Positions 57,789 through 64,000 of a DNA stretch of 64,000 nucleotides are shown here, piece after piece. Origin of the DNA: a virus. The notes under the pieces were generated by a model. That model ran no database searches. It saw nothing but the letters and a program-made list of their open reading frames with translations, and was not told where the DNA came from. The translations under genes and the position numbers were made by a program. The stretch spans positions 29,648 to 93,647 of IMG/VR virus record IMGVR_UViG_3300036832_000330; one strand, 5' to 3'. The number at the start of each line of letters is the position of its first letter. Position 1 is the stretch's first letter.

Positions 57789-58240
57789 CCCGGCAGCCCA
57801 CCTACTGGGACCAGGCCAACGTGGCTTGTGTGCCATGCCGGGGCCGGGGCTGGATCATCGAGGAGGATCCCTCCTCCGGTGCCCCTGGCCGGGAGGTGAG
57901 GTGCCCGTACTGCCATGGTCGCCAGACCACATGGTGGGTGGCTCGCAACCGCCACAAGAGGATCATTCGCCCCCGCGTGCGGATGATCCTCATCCTGATC
58001 TCACTGACCTACAGCGTGTGGCCCTCTCACCACTTCGCCGCCCACATGTACGTCCTCATCCCCGTGGTGAGCTTCCTGGTGCTGGCCTGGATCAGGCCGT
58101 CCCTGTGGCCCCACCGGTCGCGCCGGCAGCATGCCCCTGGCTTCACCGACCCCCGTGAGGGCAAGGCTCTGGGCATCTTCGGGGCCGTGGTCGGTCTCCG
58201 CAGCCTGTTCACGAACCACACCAACCAGAGGGGGTTCTGA
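57785..58240 (+). CDS. membrane protein with CxxCxGxG finger
   Basis: CVPCRGRG..CPYCHG, then two TM helices. Confidence 0.6.
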   Translation: MTRQPTYWDQANVACVPCRGRGWIIEEDPSSGAPGREVRCPYCHGRQTTWWVARNRHKRIIRPRVRMILILISLTYSVWPSHHFAAHMYVLIPVVSFLVLAWIRPSLWPHRSRRQHAPGFTDPREGKALGIFGAVVGLRSLFTNHTNQRGF

Positions 58241-58295
58241 AAAAATGTCCTCCCCTGACACCGCAAGCACTCGCATGTGCCCTACCATGGTTCAC

Positions 58296-59810
58296 ATGGC
58301 ACATGACATCAACTTCGACCACCTCCTCCCCGATGGGCAGGAACTCAAGCCTTTCCAGACCACGGGTGTCGCATACGCCCTGATGGCTGCCCAGGACGGC
58401 AAGGGCGTGATGATCGGTGACGAGATGGGCCTGGGCAAGACGGCCCAGGGCATCGTCCTCGCCAAGCTGTTCGCCGCCGCCCACAGCATCGAGGCCCCCA
58501 AGTTCCTCTTCGTGGTCCCGCCCTCGCTGAAGGGCAACTGGGAAAAGGAGATCAACCGTTTCGCCCCCGAGTGGGACGTGCAGATCCTGCTGGGCAAGAG
58601 GCCCTACGCCCTGGTGGGCAACGTCGCCATCATCGGCTACAACCTGCTCAGCACCTGGGCCAAGGCTCTCATCGCGGAGGGCTTCACCGCCGTCACCTTC
58701 GATGAGAGCCACAAGGTGAAGGATCCCTCCACCCTCCAGACCAAGGCTGCTCTCAAGGTCGCCGCCGACGTTCGCTCCCGCAAGGGCCTGGTGGCCCTGC
58801 TCAGTGGCACGCCCTTCCTGAACCGCCCGGTGGAACTGGTCAGCCAGCTACAGATGATGGGCCGCATCGAGGAGATCGCCCCCCTGCCCCGCTACGGCAC
58901 CTCTGACAAGGACTGGGAGTTCAGCTTCAAGAACACCTTCTGTGCCCCTAAGAAGGTCTACCGGGGCCGTCAGTCCTTCACCGAGTACAAGGGTGCCAGC
59001 CGCCAGGATCTGATGAACACCAACCTGCGGAACCGGTGCTACGTGCGTCGCCTCCGCTCTGAGGTGCTGAACATGACCGAGACCCACCGGATCCACATGC
59101 CTCTCAGCCTCAACGGTGACCTGGATCCCTACTGGGAGGTCGAGAAGAACTTCCAGGCCAAGGATCCCCGCTCCTTCATGCTGGAACTGCTGACCCAGCT
59201 TCGCATCACCGCTGGCGTCTGCAAGATCCCCGCCGCTGTCGAGTGGGTCAAGACCTTCATCGAGGAGAACGAGGGCAAGAAGCTGGTGGCCTGGGCCTGG
59301 CACATCGAGGTGCAGCAGGAACTGACCAACGCCCTCAACGCTGCCGGCATCGAGGCCATCTACCTGAAGGGGGAGCAGGACAAGGGCCAGATCGAGGAGG
59401 CCAAGGCTCGTTTCAACGAGGGCACCGCCCAGGTCATCGTGTGCTCGCTGCAAGCGCACCGTGAGGGCCACACGCTCCTGGGTGATGGCACCAACGTCAC
59501 CGACAGCCTGTTTGTCGAGCAGCCCTGGCATTGTGGGGCCGTCGCCCAGGCAGAGGATCGGATCTCCCGCATCGGTCGCACCGCGGAGGCCGTCTTCGCC
59601 CACACGCTCATCGTCCCCGGCACCGTGGACACCTGGCTGGAGGACATGATCGCCAGCAAGTGGGCCACCTTCAAGGCTGGGGCCGATGGCACCATCTCCG
59701 ACTGGAACGAGAGCAGTGCCCAGAAGGAGATGATGGATCGCCTCGCCGCCCACCTCCGGGCCAAGTACGGTGAGGGCCGGTTGCCCCAGCCCCCCCAGGA
59801 GGAGGGCTGA
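58296..59810 (+). CDS. SNF2-family (SMARCAL1-like) helicase/translocase
   Basis: LKPFQ, GDEMGLGKT, NWEKEI, DESH, LSGTPFLNRP, RRL, QAEDRISRIG. Confidence 0.93.
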   Translation: MAHDINFDHLLPDGQELKPFQTTGVAYALMAAQDGKGVMIGDEMGLGKTAQGIVLAKLFAAAHSIEAPKFLFVVPPSLKGNWEKEINRFAPEWDVQILLGKRPYALVGNVAIIGYNLLSTWAKALIAEGFTAVTFDESHKVKDPSTLQTKAALKVAADVRSRKGLVALLSGTPFLNRPVELVSQLQMMGRIEEIAPLPRYGTSDKDWEFSFKNTFCAPKKVYRGRQSFTEYKGASRQDLMNTNLRNRCYVRRLRSEVLNMTETHRIHMPLSLNGDLDPYWEVEKNFQAKDPRSFMLELLTQLRITAGVCKIPAAVEWVKTFIEENEGKKLVAWAWHIEVQQELTNALNAAGIEAIYLKGEQDKGQIEEAKARFNEGTAQVIVCSLQAHREGHTLLGDGTNVTDSLFVEQPWHCGAVAQAEDRISRIGRTAEAVFAHTLIVPGTVDTWLEDMIASKWATFKAGADGTISDWNESSAQKEMMDRLAAHLRAKYGEGRLPQPPQEEG

Positions 59811-60034
59811 GACCTTAGCCTGGGGTCATGTGCCAACATCACCCAGGCTGATAGGAACCAGGAGGCCCCTTAGGGGGCCTTCTGGCGCGTCTGGGGGGCT
59901 GTAGCCCCAGGAATGGCCCGTGGTGCCATACGAGACCACAGGGGCACACAGAGCCACACAGGCCCCTCTGGAGGCAACGAAGAAATCTGCCCACCTGCTA
60001 CCGCTCGCACTCAGATGTGGTGTAGCTTGGAGGC

Positions 60035-60712
60035 ATGGCACATGACTACCGCACCAACCCGCTGACCTACACCTTTGAGGGCGTCACCGTCCGCTACGCC
60101 GGCCAGATGACCATCACCCAGATCCACGCCCACATCAACGCCATCACGGCCCAGGCCAAGAGACTGGCCCCGCGTGTGGCTGAGGAGGCCCTGGAGTCCT
60201 GCTGCACCAACACCCGCCCCACCGGCCCCAAGCAGGCCCGTGCCTGGGATCTGGTGGCCCAAGGCTTCGCCTGGAACGCCCTGGCTGGCCTGCTGACCGA
60301 CGAGGAGGGCATGACCCGCTACCTGGCCCGCACCCAGCCCCAGGCCCAGGAGGCCCCCAAGACCTACGTTTACCATCACCGCTACAGCCCGCCCGCCGGG
60401 GACATGTTTCAGGTCCACGCCGATGGCTCTGTGTTCCTCCAGGCTGGCACCGATTGGGTCAAGCTGGCTGAACTGAACGCCGCCAGCTACCGCAAGGCCG
60501 TGGCTGAGGGTCTGGCTGAACTGGTCGACATGACCCCCCAGGCTGCCTCCCAGCACGCCTCCACCCCCCAGTTGCTCTCCGACGAGGTCAAGGTCAACAC
60601 GGTCGCCAAGCTGACCGGCACCCCCAAGGCTGAGGTCGCTGCCCGCATCGCCCGCCTCGCCCAGCAGGACGAGGTCATGGCCCGCCTGGAGGGTGATGAC
60701 ACCAGCCACTGA
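60035..60712 (+). CDS. hypothetical protein
   Basis: TAGCTT-N6-ATG start; MAHD N-terminus. Confidence 0.65.
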   Translation: MAHDYRTNPLTYTFEGVTVRYAGQMTITQIHAHINAITAQAKRLAPRVAEEALESCCTNTRPTGPKQARAWDLVAQGFAWNALAGLLTDEEGMTRYLARTQPQAQEAPKTYVYHHRYSPPAGDMFQVHADGSVFLQAGTDWVKLAELNAASYRKAVAEGLAELVDMTPQAASQHASTPQLLSDEVKVNTVAKLTGTPKAEVAARIARLAQQDEVMARLEGDDTSH

Positions 60713-60736
60713 CACCACACGCCACCACGCAGCACC

Positions 60737-60761
60737 GCAGCCCCCCACCACGGGGGGCTGC
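60737..60761 (+). terminator. hairpin after the 60035 gene
   Basis: GCAGCCCCCC-accac-GGGGGGCTGC. Confidence 0.5.
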
Positions 60762-60779
60762 TTGGCGTATGGTCCCAGG

Positions 60780-61076
60780 ATGCCTACCACGCCTGCACCC
60801 CGGCCTCGCCGGCAATCCGCCCCCCTGCCCAAGATCACCCCGCCCACCGATCCGCCCACCGTAGCCCTGCCCTTCCCGGTGTATCGCTACCGGGTGCTGT
60901 TCTCGGACGGGCAGACGGTCGACTTCCTGAGCTACGCCGACCACTCGGGCATACGAGGCCAGATGCTCGACGCCCACTTCGGCCCCAAGAGGCCCAAGGA
61001 GGCCCAGGACCGCATCGAGGGCATCGCCCACCTGGGAGAGGCATACGTGTACACCCCGCAGCCTCCAGCACCCTAG
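60780..61076 (+). CDS. hypothetical protein
   Basis: TATGGT-N6-ATG start; YRYRVLFSDG. Confidence 0.6.
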   Translation: MPTTPAPRPRRQSAPLPKITPPTDPPTVALPFPVYRYRVLFSDGQTVDFLSYADHSGIRGQMLDAHFGPKRPKEAQDRIEGIAHLGEAYVYTPQPPAP

Positions 61077-61368
61077 AAGGCCCGCATACGACCCCACACG
61101 GTCGTATGTGACGACGCAACGCCCACAACGCACCACGGGTCCATACCGCCCCCTGTGACCGCCTAGAGCCACACAGGCCCTCTACAGGGCAACGACGCTT
61201 GCAGCAGGCCCACCTGGCCCCCAGATCCGCCCCGTTGCCCCAGGAGAGCAGGAGCTACACCCCACCTACACGTAGACAGGCCAGCAGGCACACCAGCCAG
61301 CACCCATCACACCCCGGCTATGCCGGGAGCAACTCATGGTGAGTGGATGTAGCCCTGGCACCTGGCCC

Positions 61369-61673
61369 TGAACACCTGTTCGGGCCATGGGGCACACCTG
61401 TTCGCCTGTACTCGAACACTTGTTCCCCACATGGGGTACAAGTGTTCGCATGATGACGCATGCGTACGCATGCTATGCATACGCATAGCTATGCAGGGGG
61501 TAAACGAGCCTTATGCCATAAGGGGTTCTCGACCACACGAGTACACACGCATACACACAGCTGCATACTCGAACACCTGTTCGGGAACAGGTGTTCGAGG
61601 CACCCCCCACCCTTATCGAACGTGTGTTCGGGAGACGGGGCCAGGAGGTACGCTTACCTGGATTGTGTGTTCG
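61369..61673. repeat. array of LexA/SOS-box-like palindromes (CGAAC-N4-GTTCG)
   Basis: Sites at 61369, 61391, 61413, 61435, 61570, 61584, 61617 and a half-site at 61660, in non-coding DNA. Confidence 0.8.
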
Positions 61674-61865
61674 TGTGTAGTACCCGTGGGTGGGTGAAGA
61701 GGTGCGGCGTAGTACCTGGGAGTCGGCTGTAGGCGGCGCTGTGGAATCTCGGTAGTACCGTTTCAGAGGGGTAGTACCGTCATTTGGGGTCGAGCTAGAC
61801 GTTTTCGCAGGCTCCCGAAGGGCTAGCTGCGAGTTTTCGCAGGTCAACGCACGTTTTCGGAGTGA

Positions 61866-61895
61866 TTGACGGTGAACACGGGCATGTGGTAGGGT
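61866..61895 (+). promoter_or_regulatory. sigma-A-like promoter
   Basis: TTGACG-N18-TAGGGT with an extended TG, upstream of 61950. Confidence 0.55.
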
Positions 61896-61949
61896 GGTGT
61901 CGGCTATCTACCACGCCGTACGACCGACACGAGACAAGGAACGACTGAC

Positions 61950-62420
61950 ATGAACGAGACCGAGTACCCGTCTGACTACCACCCTGGGCGATGTGCCATC
62001 TGTGACGCCGTAGAGCCAAAGGGCGGGCTGATACGCCGGCAGTTGCCGGTGGGAATCGTCTTGGTGGATGAGCAGGACCGGGTGTACCGGACTGGGGCCG
62101 GCGAGTACGCCTGGTACTGCCGTCTGGACGGTGACTGTAGGAGGAGAAGGAAGCAGATCGAGGCCCAGGCCGAAGAGGGCATGCACCGGTTCCTGGCTGA
62201 CCCCGATGCTCGACACGCTCTCCTGCGGAACAACCACAACCTGATCTACCGGATCAACGCCGATGGCACCGTGACTCAGGGGCGGGAACTCCTGGCTGAG
62301 GTACTCAAGGGCCAGGTGCCAGAGGGGGGCGTGTACCGGTTCAATGAGGAGGAGGAGTTGCGCCGGCTGACGGAGTACCTCGACGGCGCTTTCAAGAAGA
62401 AGGAAGCTCGTGACAACTAG
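61950..62420 (+). CDS. hypothetical protein
   Basis: AAGGA RBS; CAIC..YC...C. Confidence 0.65.
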   Translation: MNETEYPSDYHPGRCAICDAVEPKGGLIRRQLPVGIVLVDEQDRVYRTGAGEYAWYCRLDGDCRRRRKQIEAQAEEGMHRFLADPDARHALLRNNHNLIYRINADGTVTQGRELLAEVLKGQVPEGGVYRFNEEEELRRLTEYLDGAFKKKEARDN

Positions 62421-63396
62421 CGAATACGACAACGAAGACCTGCTGGCCCAGATACGGGTGGCCGTAGCGGCGTTGGACGCCGTGACGAGCATGCTGTTGT
62501 CCCTGGAGCATGGCGTGGAGGTACGGCCCCTGAGCCGGGAGGAACGGGCCATGGCCCTGGAGGGCTTCTCCCGGCCCCGGAGGAGGAAGAGGAAATGGGA
62601 AGGCGTGGACATGGAGGAGATGCTGCGCCGGCATGTGGCCGGGGAAACGATCAAGAGCCTGTCCGACGAGGTGGGCATGAGCCAGAACTGGCTGTACCAA
62701 CGCCTGCACCAGTTGGACCCGGACTGCTCCCAGAAGGCCATGCTGGTACGCCGGCAGGAACGCTACGAAGCTCGGGACCGGGGCCAGAAGCCGCCCCCCT
62801 ATGTGCAGATCTCCAAGGTCGAGGACGTGGAGGCGGCTCGGGAGTTGTGGCTGGAAGGGGCCACGTTGCAAGAGATCGGTGACCGCTACGGGGTTACCAG
62901 GGAGCGGATCCGCCAGGTGATAGAGCAGCGGTTCCCCGGCTCGGGGAAAGAAGCTCGTAGACGCCGTATGGAGCGCCACGATGAGCGCAAAGCAGAGCAG
63001 GCCGCGCAGGAGGAGGCCGACAGGGAGGCCCTGATCGCGGCGCGGGGCCACGAGGCCCCGGCCTGCTGCGTGTGCGGTAAGCCCAACATCAGAGCCTTGA
63101 CCAACCCCGGCTTCACCTGTTGCTCGCATGAATGCTCGGAAGCCTGGCCGGTGCTGCGCTACTACATCGAGGAGGGGCACGCCGAGAAGCACCGCATGCA
63201 GATGGCCCGCTGGCAGGTCGAGAACGAAACGGACCCCGTCAAGCTGCGCTACGCCCAGCGGGTGCTGGATGGCAAGGTAGGCCGTCCGGTGCAGCACTTC
63301 GGTATCCGGCCCGGTACGAAAATCTGGGAGATGGCGAAGAAGTTCCGCCCTGATTTACTGGAGGGCGACATCAACGACAGGAAGGAAGAGAGATGA
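62410..63396 (+). CDS. HTH protein with a sigma-70 region 4-like domain
   Basis: TLQEIGDRYGVTRERIRQV; second HTH GETIKSLSDEVGMS; CCVC..CCSHEC. Confidence 0.75.
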   Translation: MTTSEYDNEDLLAQIRVAVAALDAVTSMLLSLEHGVEVRPLSREERAMALEGFSRPRRRKRKWEGVDMEEMLRRHVAGETIKSLSDEVGMSQNWLYQRLHQLDPDCSQKAMLVRRQERYEARDRGQKPPPYVQISKVEDVEAARELWLEGATLQEIGDRYGVTRERIRQVIEQRFPGSGKEARRRRMERHDERKAEQAAQEEADREALIAARGHEAPACCVCGKPNIRALTNPGFTCCSHECSEAWPVLRYYIEEGHAEKHRMQMARWQVENETDPVKLRYAQRVLDGKVGRPVQHFGIRPGTKIWEMAKKFRPDLLEGDINDRKEER

Positions 63397-63593
63397 CGAA
63401 CACCGCCATACACACGCCCTACCACTACACCGAGTGGGTGAGCTACTGGCGCAAGCAGCCTCCGGTGGAGGCGTTCAAGGCCGTACGGGGCAAGAGTTGG
63501 GACGACTGCCGCCACGTCCGGGAGCAGGCTGCCCTGACCGTGTGCATGGACACCCTGGGCCAGGTCTTCGCCAGCCTGGGGCAGGAGGTATGA
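63393..63593 (+). CDS. hypothetical protein
   Basis: ATGA coupling. Confidence 0.55.
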   Translation: MTNTAIHTPYHYTEWVSYWRKQPPVEAFKAVRGKSWDDCRHVREQAALTVCMDTLGQVFASLGQEV

Positions 63594-63612
63594 GCCAGGG
63601 GGCCTGGCGGTC

Positions 63613-63858
63613 ATGAAGCCGGCCCTGGTCATGTGCTTTGAGGTGTACCGGCTCCCTCCTCCCTGGTTCGTAGCGGTGGAAGCTCCTGCTTGTGGCGCGG
63701 TGCTGGACGTGAAGGCGGAACAGACGAACGACGGGGTAGCCAGGAGGTTCGTGTGTGACCGCCCAGAGGGCCACCCGGAGAAGACGAGCAAGACCGGCAA
63801 ACATCGCCAGGTAACCGATAACGATACCGGGGAGACCCTGGAGTGGGATACAGCATGA
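63613..63858 (+). CDS. hypothetical protein
   Basis: CG...CDRPEGH...H motif; start uncertain. Confidence 0.45.
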   Translation: MKPALVMCFEVYRLPPPWFVAVEAPACGAVLDVKAEQTNDGVARRFVCDRPEGHPEKTSKTGKHRQVTDNDTGETLEWDTA

Positions 63859-63862
63859 ACGA

Positions 63863-63890
63863 CGAGGGCCTCCCCGCAGGGAGGCCCTCG
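63863..63890 (+). terminator. hairpin
   Basis: CGAGGGCCTCCC-cgca-GGGAGGCCCTCG. Confidence 0.55.
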
Positions 63891-64000
63891 CTGCAACCGT
63901 CCAACCAACCGGTCAGGATACTACCAGGGCGTGGGGAGCTTCTTGGAGTTGGCGCGACCGTGGTTCCAGGCCAGCACGCACAACTGGTAGGCGGCGGTGC

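Noticed and set aside
61369-61673. CRISPR or mini-CRISPR array
   Set aside because: Repeats are 14-bp degenerate palindromes with 8-bp gaps or irregular spacing; no spacer-length unique segments and no cas genes.
61266-61847. ORFs in the ORF track across the non-coding island
   Set aside because: Atypical composition, repeat-derived peptides and no start signals.
62410-63396. Complete phage sigma factor
   Set aside because: Only a region 4-like HTH is visible; no region 2 recognised.
1-64000. tRNA/rRNA genes, integrase, transposase, capsid, terminase
   Set aside because: No cloverleaf or diagnostic protein motifs were recognised by eye; a tRNAscan/HMM run is needed to exclude them fully.

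Overview
This window is a 64-kb segment of a large, high-GC tailed phage with a contractile (myovirus-type) tail. The host is probably an actinobacterium, inferred from GC-rich codons, many leaderless TAnnnT-N6-ATG starts and Gram-positive-type SOS boxes. Layout: 1-6.7 kb (- strand) holds a lysis cassette and neck genes. 6.8-25 kb (+) is a tail module: terminator-like protein, sheath, tube, chaperone with probable +1 frameshift, tape measure with lysozyme domain, NlpC/P60 tube initiator, LysM-like protein, hub, collagen-fused spike, fibres and a tandem array of C1q-like tip proteins. 25-45 kb holds accessory and late genes (GNAT, ParB-like, ART-like, metallopeptidase, TGT-like pseudoenzyme, GT2-TPR). 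45-61 kb is two divergent blocks of small early genes (ArdC, PAPS-reductase-like, HARP-like, SNF2). A ~870-bp non-coding island at 61.1-61.9 kb carries a periodic array of LexA-box-like sites. No capsid, terminase, polymerase, integrase, tRNA, CRISPR or reverse transcriptase was recognised. Best leads: (1) unrelated small effector-like enzymes share an N-terminal MS(H/Q)xALNxEQF tag, a candidate virion-cargo targeting system; (2) the 22-bp-phased SOS-box array; (3) a C1q receptor-binding cassette array with conserved junctions; (4) four leaderless early genes begin with the identical ATGGCACATGAC. All domain calls come from reading motifs by eye, not from database searches.
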